Source: Octopus sinensis
Lineage: Eukaryota
Assembly: GCF_006345805.1 (NCBI RefSeq)
Contig: NC_043024.1
Span: 6,634,001 to 6,698,000 of the forward strand
Reading direction: 5' to 3'
DNA length: 64,000 bases
Below are positions 11,827-24,690 of this stretch, one piece after another. The position numbers and the translations under genes were made by a program. The first letter of the stretch is position 1. Each line of letters opens with the position of its first letter. The notes beneath the pieces are model-generated. The model did no database searches, was not told the origin of the DNA, and worked only from the letters and a program-made list of their open reading frames with translations.

Positions 11827-12109
11827 CTTGAAGGTGTAAAAGAAATAAAAAAGTGTAATATAGGAAACTCTGTCCAGAATTCAAACAAAGTCATCAAGAT
11901 TTTGTTCTAATCAGATTCCAAGTTAAGATTTTGAATCTGAGGAAACTGTTGGTGGTTTCTACCAATCTTAATTAGTCCAATGCCAACAATTAGTCCAGTT
12001 AAAATTGGAATTTTTTCTCTCTCTCAGCCATTTTTCGTTTTTGAATTGGCTGGTAATAAATTTGGGAAAATAAGTTAAATCTGGTTATTGAACACTACCT
12101 TTAACCCCC

Positions 12110-12830
12110 ACCAAACACACACATACACACAATTTCTTTCTATCTCTTCCTCTCTCTCTCTCTCTCACACACACCCACAGTCTCTGTCTCTCTAACACAC
12201 TCTCTCTCTCACACACATGCACACCCACACTTTCTCTTACATGTTCACACATTTTCTATGACACATGCTCTCTCTCTCCCTCTCTCTCTCTCTTTTTAAC
12301 ACACACACACTCCCTCTCTCTCACACACTCACACAATGTCTCTCTCACATACAGACACACACTCACTTTTTCCCACACACATACACACATACTCTTATTC
12401 TAACACATTCTCTCACATTCTAACACACACTCTCTCTCTTTCTATCTCTTACTAAGACAGACACTCTCCCCCTCTCCCTCTCTCATGCAAACAGTCTCTT
12501 CCTCATATACTCTCTCACTCTCTCTGACATACACAGAATCTCCCTTGCACACACTCTTCCTCTCTCTTACTTTCACTCTCTCTCTCTCTCTCTAACACAC
12601 ATACACTTCCTCTCCTTCACACTCAGTCTACCTTTCACACACTCTCCCTCACTAGCACTCACACTCATCTCTCTCTCACACTCACACAGTCTCTCTCCCA
12701 TACTCACAAACACACACACACACTCTCTCTGACACAGACACTCACACTCTCTCTCTCTCTCACATGCTCTTTCCCCCCCACACACACATACACACACATA
12801 TGCTCACACACACACACACATACACATTTC
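12110..12830. repeat. degenerate (CT)n/(CA)n low-complexity tract
   Basis: Directly visible. Confidence 0.9.
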
Positions 12831-13379
12831 ATTCTTTTACTTGTTTCACTCATTAGAATGCGGCCCTGCTGGAGCACTGTCTTGGCTGGTTTTCACAGTT
12901 CAGATTGTTTCTTATCTCTTAGGAGGAAATGCAGGATCCCTGACCCTTTATAGGAACCCTGAGCCTAGTGGGAAGCAGAGAGGAAAGAAGAAAGGATTCC
13001 TCAAAAAGGGGGAACCTGGCCCAAATACTGGACACAAATAAGGCCCACATATTTGATTATGCTTTTTGTGTTGTTACTTTTGTTGTAATCTTTGTTGAGC
13101 TTCTCTGAGTATTCACTGGGTAGCCTTGTCATCAAAAGCGTTCCATTGATGACCACCTCATCCATTTTATTTTTGCTTTATGTCTTGTTCTGTTTTGCAG
13201 GTGCCAGTCTTTAAAGCTACATGGCTTATTAAACTTATCAGGAAAGATATTCCAGAAGATTCTATCCATCCTTTGCAAAGGAGGATGAAATTCGTGGGAT
13301 CTTTACAGTTGTTGTCATAAATTTGGAAATTTTTTAATTAACGTCAAACTTTTCGAATTTGGTGTAAACTGATGTACTA

Positions 13380-13391
13380 CTACAACTACTG

Positions 13392-13440
<49 letters not shown>

Positions 13441-13550
13441 GATGACGACGACGACGACAAGAAGAAGAAGAAGAAGAAGAAGAAGAAGAAGAAGAAGAAG
13501 AAGACAACGACGAAGAAGAAGAAGAAGAAGAAGAAGAAGAAAAAGAAGAA
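13380..13550. repeat. (CTA)n-(GAC)n-(GAA)n compound microsatellite
   Basis: Directly visible. Confidence 0.95.
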
Positions 13551-13579
13551 ATATGTGACAACAACTGAAAAGATCCATC

Positions 13580-14261
13580 GGATCTTTTCCTTTTGAACGG
13601 CAGTTTTCAACACAATTTCTAGTTAACTAAACACTTTTAAACTCCGTATACTGGTAGAATGTGTCAAAATAAAACATTTTTTCTCTTGGCTTTCTTGAGA
13701 AAATGTAATTTGGAAGTTTAACGTAGTTTAATTTTTCGATTTTTAACCAATCCTATCGCCTCTATTGACCTAAAATCATTTGTTGCGTCTAAAACTGAGA
13801 CAACATCCTGTCACTAACCCTAACCCTAACCCTAACCCTAAATTTTAGCCTTTCGTTTTTTTTCTTGTTAAATTAATTTAATTGTTACGCGTGTGTCTAA
13901 AATTATTCATTTTGTTTTTGTTTTGAGTTTTTGCTTTTGTTTTAACCTTTCGGTTTTTTTTTCTTAATTGTTATCCTTAAATTAATTTAACAATTAAGAA
14001 AAAAAAAATTTAGGGTTAGGGTTAGTGACAGGATGTTGTCTCAGTTTTAGATGCAGCAAATGATTTTAGCTCAATTAGAGACAATTGTTGGTTAAAATTC
14101 GAAAAATTAAACTACGTTAAACTTACAAATTACAATTTTCTCAAGAAAGCCAAGACAAAAAAATGTTTTATTTTGACACATTCTACCAGTATACGGAGTT
14201 TAAAAGTGTTTAGTCAACTAGAAATTGTGTTGAAAACTGTCGTTCAAAAGGAAAAAGATCC
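13580..14261. mobile_element. non-autonomous foldback DNA transposon with ~260-bp TIRs containing telomeric repeats
   Basis: GGATCTTTTCCTTTTGAACGG...CGTTCAAAAGGAAAAAGATCC. (TAACCC)4 at ~13815-13841 and TTAGGG repeats at 14010-14025. No TSD seen. Confidence 0.85.
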
Positions 14262-14529
14262 TGGGTGTGACTTGACATGCTAAAAACAAGAAGCAAGTCA
14301 TTCTCCACTGCAGCCTGATCACAACGTCGTTTTAAAGGTGGGGAAAAAAACACAGGTAAGACATATTATATTGTGTAGACTGAATGTATTTTGTTTGAAA
14401 ATAAAATGAGATGTCATGGATGGAGAGTGTTTTATGTTTGAGAGCAGAGGGATTAAGATGGACTATGACTCAACAACAACAACACTATACTGATCTAGAT
14501 TTATGATGTACTTGATCACCATCACAATG

Positions 14530-15010
14530 TACTCTACTATATAGGTGTCATCATCATCACCACCACCACCATCATCATTCTCACCATTGTTATCATCATT
14601 GCTACCACAGCCACCACCAACAACATCCTCATCCTCTTCATCACCACTACCATCAGCATCATTATCATGATCATTATCATCACTGCTATCATTACTACCA
14701 CTACTAGCACCACCACCACAGCCACCATCATCATTTTCATCATCATTACTACAATCACCACCACCGCCATCACCACCACCGCCATCACCACCACCACCAT
14801 CATCATCATCACCACCATCACCACCACCACTACTATCATTATCATCCTCATCACTACTTACATCATCAGCATCATTATCACCACCATCAACGTCATCGTC
14901 AGCCTCACCATCATCACCATCATCATCATCATCATCACCATCAACGTCATCGTCAGCCTCACCATCATCACCACCATCATCATCATCATCGCCGTCGTCG
15001 TTGTCACCAC
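14530..15010. repeat. cryptic (CAT)n/(CAC)n tract
   Basis: Directly visible. Confidence 0.9.
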
Positions 15011-15049
15011 GGTCACTCGCACCCAGTTCATCGGAGTTCTTTTATACAC

Positions 15050-15090
15050 CAACACAAAAGGGAAGTCCTTTTGTTCTGGTCGGTTTCTCA
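15050..15090 (-). CDS. candidate 41-nt exon (alternative donor would give 15023-15090)
   Basis: Strong acceptor TTATTGTTTTCATTCAG, weak donor GTGTAT, frame EKPTRTKGLPFCV(G). Confidence 0.2.
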
Positions 15091-15254
15091 CTGAATGAAA
15101 ACAATAACAAATAAACGACTGGAAAAAAACATATATAATAAAAGAGAAAGAGAAAGGGGAAGAGAAAATCCGTGTTGGCGGTGGGGTCGGTGTTTGCTGT
15201 CCGTTCTTTGCTGTTGTTAAACCATTCAGAATTTCAATAACACACACACGTACT

Positions 15255-15662
15255 CTTTACTCTTTAATCTTTTACTTGTTTCAGTCAGTTGACTGTGGCC
15301 ATGCTGGAGCACCGCCTTTAGTCGAGCAAATCGACCCCAGGACTTATTCTTTGTAAGCCTAGTACTTATTCTATCGGTCTCTTTTGCCGAACCGCTAAGT
15401 TACCGGGACGTAACCACACCAGCGTCGGTTGTCAAGCGATGTTGTGGCGACAAACACAGACACACAAACGTATATTCACACACACATACACACATACACG
15501 ATGGGCTTCTTTCAGTTTCCGTCTACCAAATCCACTCACAAGGCTTTAATCGGCCCAAGGCTATATTAGAAGACACTTACCCAAGGTGCCATGCAGTGGG
15601 ACTGAACCCGGAACCATGTGGTTCGTAAGCAAGCTACTTACCACACAGCCACTCCCACGCCT
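15255..15662 (-). mobile_element. tRNA-SINE, full length
   Basis: Homology to 53054-53465. Confidence 0.9.
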
Positions 15663-15814
15663 ACAACGGGCTTTTAGTTTCCGTAAAAATTGCTTTATTT
15701 CATTTTTTTCAGCTCACACTCGGACTTATAGATACATCCACTTAAACATAAATATTTACACAAAAATACATAAACATAAGCGATTCGTGAAAATTTAAAA
15801 GATGCGTGTGTGTG

Positions 15815-16122
15815 TATATATACGTACATACATACATACATACATACATACATACATACATACATACATACATACGTACGTACATACATACATACATACA
15901 TATATACATACGTACGTACATACATACATTCATACATACATACATTCATACATACATACATACATACATACATACATACATACATACATACATACATACA
16001 TACATACATACATACATACATACATACATACATACATACATACGTACGTACATACATACATACATACATACATACATACATACATACATACATACATACA
16101 TACATACATACATACATACATA
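15815..16122. repeat. (TACA)n tetranucleotide array
   Basis: Directly visible. Confidence 0.95.
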
Positions 16123-16135
16123 CGAACTGACGTAC

Positions 16136-16193
16136 CCGGTAATTCCCTGGAAAGCGGGTCTTATCTCTTGGTTCCATTCTCGTAATTGTTTCG
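16136..16193 (-). CDS. candidate 58-nt exon
   Basis: Acceptor TTGTTATTGGATTAG, donor GTACGT, open frame KQLREWNQEIRPAFQGIT(G). Confidence 0.2.
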
Positions 16194-16427
16194 CTAATCC
16201 AATAACAACAATACAAAGTATGTAGCCCTTAAAACGGTTTTTTGTGCATTTACAGAGAATACGGAACTGTCTTACACAGGATCCTGTTTTTAGGAATTCC
16301 CAATAAATTATGAATACCCAAATTGTGAAGTCAGTTATGTAATAACATGGAATTAGTTACCAGATAGTGAGAATTCAAATAAAGTAGCTCCGAAAAGGGC
16401 TTTAATGCGTTCCCAGAGTATATAGAA

Positions 16428-16628
16428 CAGTGGTTTTCAACCAGGGTTCCGCCAGTACAGTGCAGGGGTTCCGCAAGAAGTTACAAAACTGCTAAAATCG
16501 GCAGTAATTTTTAAGTCTCCTGTGTAGATATGTATGCATAAGACTATTAGATTATTGCACAAGGGTTCCTCAAGCCAGTGGAATGTTTCCTTGGGGTTCC
16601 GCTCCAGCAAAAAGTTTGAAAAGCACTG
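16428..16628. mobile_element. hAT-type MITE
   Basis: TIRs CAGTGGTTTTCAA / TTGAAAAGCACTG. Perfect 8-bp TSD ATATAGAA (16420-16427 and 16629-16636). Confidence 0.9.
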
Positions 16629-17287
16629 ATATAGAACATAGGAGGAAATACTAATAAGGTAGGTATACTAAAATCGTTAATCATGTTATTTAATAACAAG
16701 CTAATCAGGTATGAGATAATAGCAATTCAATGTAAATAACTCTGAAAAAGCGACGCCAGTGTTGGTATAATCGTGAATAAGTCACTAATCGAAATAAGTG
16801 GATCTGTTGTTTAGGAAAATACTGTTTACTGGTTTAAACGTTGTACTGGATAAATTTCAAAAATAACTCAAATAGTTCAAATACTAAGAAATAAGTATAA
16901 TTTGATTTATACGAAATAATTTACGAACATGAATGAGTTATTTCCCTTGGATGTTTTAAAATAATATATTAGTTAAATGTAGTAGATATAAGAATCCCTT
17001 CCAGGATCCCTATTAGCGATTTTTTCAACAATCTAAGTGTGTCACTATTTTTCCAGAAATGAGTTCCACTCACGTGTGAAGTTTCATCAAATCGATAAAA
17101 CGATGTAGAGGAGTTAGATAACAACGCCACAAGGAAACCCTACCACAGATTTCCACATATGTAGTATGTATGTATATATATGTGTGTGTGCGTGAGTGTT
17201 TTGACTGTTCAGCTCGCTCGTGTACAGGAAAGACAATCATTAGGTTACGTACGTATGTATATATGTACACGTGTGTGTGTGTCTGTG

Positions 17288-18183
17288 TGTGCCGGAAATC
17301 CACCACGGGAAGGGGGGAAAGCGGCGAACGCGGCGGAAGTTGCGTAATTCAAACAATTTATTTTTCAAAACAAAACCAAAGCATTCAAAACAAAGGTTGA
17401 CAACATAATACAGAGTTCGAAAAACAAATCATTTAACATTTGACACAATACAATTCGATTTTTCAAGACAAATCATTTTGTTTTTACATTTAACACAAAG
17501 TTCACAATCAACAGTCTCTTAGAGCTTCACTTTCCTTTCTTTTTTTTAACACGACAGTTCTCAAAAAGGTCCTTTTGCTTTTCTTTTAAAACATTTCCAA
17601 GTTCTTTTTTTTTCTTTCCAACGACACATCGTCTCTTCTCTTCTTTTTTTCATTTCAACATTTACATTTAAGCAAACACAACATTTTTCTTTTTCATTTG
17701 AACACCGAAATTCAAAACACAAATAAATACATTACCGCATGTTCCACGCCTGCAACACTCCCTGAACATTACAACTCCCACTATAGTAGTCCAGCTTCTT
17801 TATGTCTCTCTCTGCCCCTTCACTGTCATCTTCCTTAGTACCTCTCGTCCTGTCATCTCTCACACTCACTGTCTGTCTCTCTCTAGACCACGCTGCCCTT
17901 TGTCCAGTGGACGCTCACAATGACCGTCTGTCTTTCTCTCACTGACTGACTCTCGCCGACTGACTTTGCAACTTAGCCTCCCGTATTTATAACGTTGTCC
18001 CAACATTTTTATTTTTAAAACTTTCTGTGACCGCGTGGGGGCCATAGATCAGTATCTGGGGCCATTAATAATCATGCTCTTTGACAGGACAAAGGAAATA
18101 CCATTGTCCTGAACAACTGGAGCGCTGGTTCGATTCCAACTAATGGAACAAGGGGCATAATGTTTTTTTTTTGTTCGTTTACA
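17288..18183 (-). mobile_element. candidate solo LTR
   Basis: On the minus strand it begins TGT and ends ACA, with TATAAATA (17984-17991) upstream of a CAGT-rich start and AATAAA (17357-17362) near the end. No TSD found. Confidence 0.3.
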
Positions 18184-18399
18184 TTTTCCTTGCGTCCGTA
18201 ACAATATATATGTATGTTAGGTCATCCCATAAATAATGCTTTTTTTCAATTATATGAACTAAAAGTCGATAGAATCCCAAGCCTTGACTGTTTGGTATGG
18301 AAGACAAGTTGTTCCTTGCCCATACAGTATGTCCCCTTCTCTATGTCCTGATAGAGCCAAAGAACGGCATGGTCATTACAATATGGCACCAATGTCGTC

Positions 18400-18665
18400 G
18401 CAGGAATTACCAGAATGAGGTTGCAGACAATGTCGTCTGCCCCAGGGGCTCTGATTCACAATTTTTCGTCAGAGCTGGCTCCGCAAGCCTCTCCTATGTT
18501 TGGGTATTGCTGCAAAGCAGCAGACGTTCCGGATCGGGGTTTTCCATTGTCTCGATGGATGGTTGCCCAAACCCAGGCTAACGAGTTCACCTGCCTGACC
18601 GACTTGCTGATCAACCTATAGCTGGGAGCCCGACGGGTACTCTGCTCGGGTCAGAGAAGACCGTG
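18400..18665 (-). mobile_element. RTE 5' UTR-like fragment
   Basis: Minus-strand GGGCAACCATCCATCGAGACAATGGAAAAC resembles the motif at 52026-52052 typical of RTE 5' UTRs. Confidence 0.35.
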
Positions 18666-18799
18666 CAATAATTATAGCTAAAAAACGGTTCTACATTCCT
18701 CAAAACTCTGGAACTACTAAACTTGAACCTCATTCCTGGTTGCAGTTTATAGTCATTCATAGGACATAACGTGGGTGTGTGTGTGTGCACGCGTGCTTG

Positions 18800-18893
<94 letters not shown>

Positions 18894-19091
18894 CCTATCT
18901 GTATGTCTGTCTGTCTGTCTCTCTGTTTGTGTGTATGTATGTAGGCATGTATTATACCATCTCGGTAATAATCTGATGACGTGCTTTTCAAAGCTTAATT
19001 ATGGGAGGAAAAATCAGCGACAGTTTTTGTCAAGACACAGAAACGGTTGTTGACATTTGTGACTAAAGCCCCTTCCTTCCATCTTCTGTAA

Positions 19092-19121
<30 letters not shown>

Positions 19122-19130
<9 letters not shown>

Positions 19131-19744
19131 CACATCCACAAATATACATACATACATGCGTATACGTTTAAGTGCACACACACACATATGTATGCATATA
19201 TGTACTTACACACTTAAAAAACATATATACGACAAAATACTATCCTTTGAACCTGGAATCACTTCAGAAGCAAATTGAACGTTTAAAGCACAGCCATACA
19301 TGCGAATATATATATATATATATATACACCACCTTCCCCACATATATATGTATATAAATACGTGCTGTGAATGCGTGCATGAATACATATATACATACAT
19401 ACGCAGATAAATATTTACACACACATATATTATATATATATAATATATACACATACACATCCACAAATATACATACATACATGCGTATACGTTTAAGTGC
19501 ACACACACACATATGTATGCATATATGTACTACACACTTAAAAAACATATATACGACAAAATACTATCCTTTGAACCTGGAATCACTTCAGAAGCAAATT
19601 GAACGTTTAAAGCACAGCCATACATGCGAATATATATATATATATATACACCACCTTCCCCACATATATATGTATATAAATACGTGCTGTGAATGCGTGC
19701 ATGAATACATATATACATACATACGCAGATAAATATTTACACAC

Positions 19745-19750
<6 letters not shown>
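19122..19750. repeat. near-identical ~325-bp tandem duplication bounded by (TA)n
   Basis: CGACAAAATACTATCCTTTGAACCTGGAATCACTTCAGAAGC... occurs at ~19230 and ~19554. Confidence 0.9.
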
Positions 19751-19780
<30 letters not shown>

Positions 19781-19916
19781 CCACTTCAAACAGCAAATGC
19801 CGCCTTTGACGTGCAACTTATCTTTTGTGTTACTAGTTTTTTGATGGCAAATCGTAAGATTTGCTAGCTAGGTCACTTTGGTATGTATGTATTTAACGAA
19901 TGTTTCTATGTATGTA

Positions 19917-19947
<31 letters not shown>

Positions 19948-20449
19948 TGTATGTATGTATGTATGTATGTATGTATGTATGTATGTATGTATGTATGTAT
20001 GTATGTGTGTATGTGTGTGTATGTATGTATGTATGTATTTAACGAATGTTTGTATGTATGTATGTATATATATGTATGTATGTAGGCATGTATTTAACGA
20101 ATGTTTGTATGTATGTACCTATGTGTGTATGTATGTATGTGTGTATGTATGTATTTAACGAATGTTTGTATGTATGTATGTGTGTATGTGTGTATGTATG
20201 TATGTATGATTTCGGGTCATTCTTAGTGCAACAGATAACATGTGACCCAGTACAAACTGTCACGTGGTGGGGCCATCTTTGACTGAGCCGGCAACCCTAC
20301 AATACCTTTGTAAGAGGTTTTCTTTGGTCACCCTGCAGAACGTAAAACAAAACCTGTCAAAAGACGGACGAAGACAGTTGAATGATCAGCCATCCACCAA
20401 CAGATGGGAGTGAGAGACCCCTAGTCTTTGTCTAGACTACTCTCATGAA

Positions 20450-21038
20450 CAGTGGTTTTCAACCGGAGTTCATATGGCCCCTGAGCGTCCATATAAGATT
20501 TTGGGGTCCACACAGCAAAATAGTAAATTGGAGATCCAAAACAGTATTCTTAGGGCCCTGAAAAAAATTTCCTTATATATATGTATTGGCATGTATTGCA
20601 AGAAACAACAAGATTTTTTTTCTCTAACATTTTACACAGTTCAGCCTGGACAAGTTAATGAGTGAAAAAGAAAATAGAAATTTTGAAAGAAATTTCTACA
20701 AACCTAATTGTAAACATAAAAGGGCTATGGGGGTCCACCAGAATAAAATTGTAATCAAAGGGGGTTCACACAAGCAAAATAGTAAATTGAGGACCTACAA
20801 GAATATTTTAAGGACCCCGTAAAAGTTTTGCTTTAGATAAGTATTGGAAGAAACAGGTAGGTTTCTTTCTCTAACATTTTACACAGTTCAGCTTAGACAG
20901 GTTAATGAGTGAAAAGCAAAATAGGAATTTCGAAGAATTGTTATAAAACTAATTTTAAGCATCAAATGGCTACAGGGGTTCACCAGAATAAAATAATACT
21001 CAAAAGAGTCCATAGATAAAAAGGGTTGAGCACCCCTG
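20450..21038. mobile_element. hAT-type non-autonomous element with ~258-bp internal tandem duplication
   Basis: TIRs CAGTGGTTTTCAACC / GGTTGAGCACCCCTG. Flanks CTCATGAA / CTCTAGAA (6/8 match; the latter fits the hAT NTCTAGAN preference). Confidence 0.8.
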
Positions 21039-21289
21039 CTCTAGAAGGTAAGTTTGAAATATAACCTGTCTCATGGTGAAATCGGAGGCCTTGCTCTTGT
21101 TTGTTTCTGGACTATTTGGCTTCGTATGTAAGAACCATAGCCGTGATGTGCAAGCTATTATTCATTTTAAATATCAGTACAAGCATTGCTGACAGTCATT
21201 CCATAAGATAAATTTTCCCTGATGGTCATACTCATCTACGAGTCGACGGCCACCACGTATGTGATGTATTATATATATATATATATTAT

Positions 21290-21625
21290 ATACAAAATAA
21301 GAAAATGGAGAAATACACCTTAATCAATAATCAACTACCAGATAATACCCATTCACATAATTTATTAAACCACTACATATGAACATCAAGGTCAAACATA
21401 ATAGTACAGAACAAAACAGTGTACATCAATGAGTAATATGATACAATAAGTACAATATGTATAAATAAATATAAATATAAACATATACTATATCTTACAG
21501 CTGTTTCAGCTCATATTAGCCAGGTGTGATAAGTTAATATGTGGTTATAAATGAGACACAAATATATCCCAAGGCCTCTTCAGAGATTATAAAGTACAAT
21601 CTTTCTCCATTTTCTTATCTTGTAT
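21290..21625 (-). mobile_element. Penelope-like end with hammerhead motif (21492-21587) and short inverted end
   Basis: Minus strand: AUCU-CUGAAGA-GGCC...AGCU-GAAA-CAGCUG-UA-AGAU. 23-bp inverted repeat TACAAAATAAGAAAATGGAGAAA / TTTCTCCATTTTCTTATCTTGTA. Confidence 0.6.
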
Positions 21626-21834
21626 TATGAATTTGTGGTAAATCATTTTACCTTTGCCCGTATAATACAGTAAATGAATTGATTGCATCGCAATTCTTAA
21701 CATTTATGTATTAACTTTATTGGGTCCTTTACTGGCAGTATATTGGATACATGTTATCCCATGGTGGGTTGCACTCACAACCCCTATCTCAATTTGTATA
21801 TTCATATATATATGTATGCATGTATTTGTATGTA

Positions 21835-22083
21835 TACTCTTTACTCTTTTACTCTATTAATTGTTTCAGTCATTTGACTGTGGTCATGCTGGAGCACCGC
21901 CTTTAGTCGAGCAAATCGACCCCAGGACTTATTCTTTGTAAGCCTAGTACTTATTCTATTGGTCTCTTTTGCCGAACCGCTAAGTTACTGGGACGTAAAC
22001 ACATCAGCATCGGTTGTCAAGCAATGCTAGGGGGACAAACACAGACACACAAACATATACACACACACACACACATACATACA

Positions 22084-22143
<60 letters not shown>

Positions 22144-22275
22144 GGTGCCCCAGCATGGCCACAGCTCATAAGCTGAAACTAGAAAAATCAAAATCAAAAC
22201 CATATATATATATATACATATATACGACGGGCTTCTTTCAGTTTCCGTCTACCAGATTCATTCACAAGGCTTTGG
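21835..22275 (-). mobile_element. tRNA-SINE interrupted by a plus-strand SINE-tail fragment (22140-22190)
   Basis: Homology to the main family. Confidence 0.8.
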
Positions 22276-22279
22276 GAGA

Positions 22280-22960
22280 GTGGATTCCTTATATTTATTC
22301 CCCACCAGTGTTTTGTCTGGATGGCATTGTATAGTATTGCATTCAGAGGTAGCACCATGAGGACATTTTGGGGCAGCTGCTAATCACATGCGAAATGTCT
22401 TCTACAGAAATACGACATAATCTGCATTTTTGGTTGCATCTTGGAACTTCAAGGGTTGCATCGTCTCTTGCTTTTTAGGGATTTAGCGGTAATCTCCTCT
22501 TCTTGGATTGCAAATGCATAGCCTTCGAAGTGTGATGTGATGTAATGGTTACGAGTCCTATGTTACTGCCTTCTTCAAGTTCTCAGGGAACATAGCCATA
22601 CAGGGTCTTTATTTGTTTTTGTTTTGGTGTGCTGAGCGCTTCGCCCCCAGGTCTTCTTTGAGTTATGCTAATCTGGCTGGTTTGCTGTAGTATGGGTGGT
22701 CATCAAGAAGAGAGTGTTCCCTGAGGAGCTCGCTTCCGACTCGTACAATATTGTTTTCTTCACTTTTCAGTACTAAGTTTAATGTATTTAGTTTTGGCGC
22801 CACTAGCTTCTTGTCCAGCTTATGCGGTCCAAGAAATTCAGACTGAGATCTCTGTTTTGATGGATTTGATATCGCTGAAATTTCAACCCTATTTCCAACA
22901 ACACCACTTGACACGCCTTGGCCAATAGCAGCTCAGTTTCTTGTCGCCATCTTGGATTTC
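22280..22960 (-). pseudogene. degenerate R4/Dong-type LINE fragment
   Basis: Minus-strand translation CRLCRISVEDISHVISSCPKMS (CCHC knuckle). Confidence 0.65.
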
Positions 22961-23071
22961 CAGGGTCGAATCAAACTGCTTTAAATAATAATATATACAA
23001 ACTCCCAATAATTGTGTGGTGAGCCTCTTTCTTTCGTGTGTCCACTCACACACACACACATATATATATAC

Positions 23072-23132
<61 letters not shown>

Positions 23133-23404
23133 AAATATATATGTAAGTATGTATGTGTATATATGTGTGTGTGTGTGCGTGTGTATATATATGCGTGTGT
23201 ATGTGTACTTATATATATGTGCGTGTATGAGTGTATATATATATATATATATATCATATATATATTCATAATATATATGCGTGTGTGTGTACATCTATCT
23301 AATATTATTATATTGTATGTGTGGTGTGTGTGTTTGTGTGTGTGGTGTTGGTGTGTGTGTTGCGTTGTGTTGAGTGTGCTGTGTGCGTGTGTATGTATAT
23401 AATG

Positions 23405-23830
23405 CAAAAATGGGACAAGAACGCAAAACAGCCAAGCAATTAAGTGATACAAAAAAGGACAACAAACCATCCAGACAGACGATACAGGGAAAACACATTC
23501 GGAGTTTTCTATCCTCAGTCGAGTTCCAGATTATCTTTGCAATTTTGGCTGGTTATACTCGAGATTGCTCCAATCTGGCCAGCCCCAAGGAAAAACTAAG
23601 CTAAGAGTATTAGATTCCTTGGAAGAAAGCAGCGAATGTATACGAAAGCAAAGACAGAAAAAAAAAAACAGAGAAATGTTACACAAATACAAATGCAATT
23701 AACAGGACATAACAACATGTGTCTTTCGACTAAGGACGAATTAAATTAAGCTGGCATGTGTGGAAGTAAAGCCTTATGGCAGGGACATAAGATTTGACAG
23801 GCACAGGGAGGAATATAGATGTTGCACGGT
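23405..23830. repeat. unclassified interspersed repeat; second copy inverted at 35612-36020
   Basis: Shared GATTGCTCCAATCTGGCC, CTAAGCTAAGAG and TTCGTCCTTAGTCGAAAGACAC segments. Confidence 0.8.
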
Positions 23831-24264
23831 CAACGGCCGAACCAAGAAAAGGTCAGCCTTGGCCGAACACCGGTCACGTGGGGAGAGAAGAGAGAGAGGT
23901 ATAGGCAGCGGGATGGAAGAATTAAGTACGCACGTACTTACACATACGTATGCTCCTAAGCATAACGGAATTGCTCAGTGAAAGCTGGCGATGAAAAATT
24001 TCAAGCCATTAATTACATAGTGTAATCCAGTCATCCACACAGAAGGCGCTAAATGGTTTGAGAGTCAATATGTATCGTCAACTACGTCGCTGTGGTTATA
24101 TTACACACGTATGGATTATATAATAAAATCAAAATAAACAAATGTTTTTTGTTTCATTTTTACAGAACGTTTTGTGTAAACATCGGCCACTTAAGTTTCA
24201 ATACTCTTTGTATTGATGTTATCGTCATAGCAATCGTGTGACACATTTTTCCTACCCTCTCTCT

Positions 24265-24502
24265 TTTACTCTTTTACTTGTTTCAGTCAGTTGACTGTGG
24301 CCATGCTGGAGCACCGCCTTTAGTCGAGCAGATCGACCCCAGGACTTATTCTTTGTAAGCCTAGTACTTATTCTATTGGTTTCTTTTGCCGAACCGCTAA
24401 TGTTACAAGAACATAAACACACCAGCATCGGTTGTCAAGCGATGTTGGGGGGACAAACACAGACACACAAAAACACACACACACACACACAACACTTACA
24501 TA

Positions 24503-24570
<68 letters not shown>

Positions 24571-24690
24571 ATATATATATATACGACGGGCTTCTTTCAG
24601 TTTCCGTCTACAAATCCACTCACAAGGCTTTGGTCGGCCCGAGGCTATAGTAGAAGACACTTGCCCAAGGTGCGACGTAGTGGGACTGAA
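24265..24690 (-). mobile_element. tRNA-SINE (head truncated)
   Basis: Homology to the main family. Confidence 0.85.

Noticed and set aside
13170-13320. Strong plus-strand acceptor (TTTTGCAG at 13200) as a host exon
   Set aside because: No good donor before stop codons. The minus strand weakly resembles a decayed LINE C-terminus.
15050-16193. TGEKP appearing across a predicted splice junction as a C2H2 linker
   Set aside because: No flanking H-x3-H or C-x2-C residues; probably coincidence.
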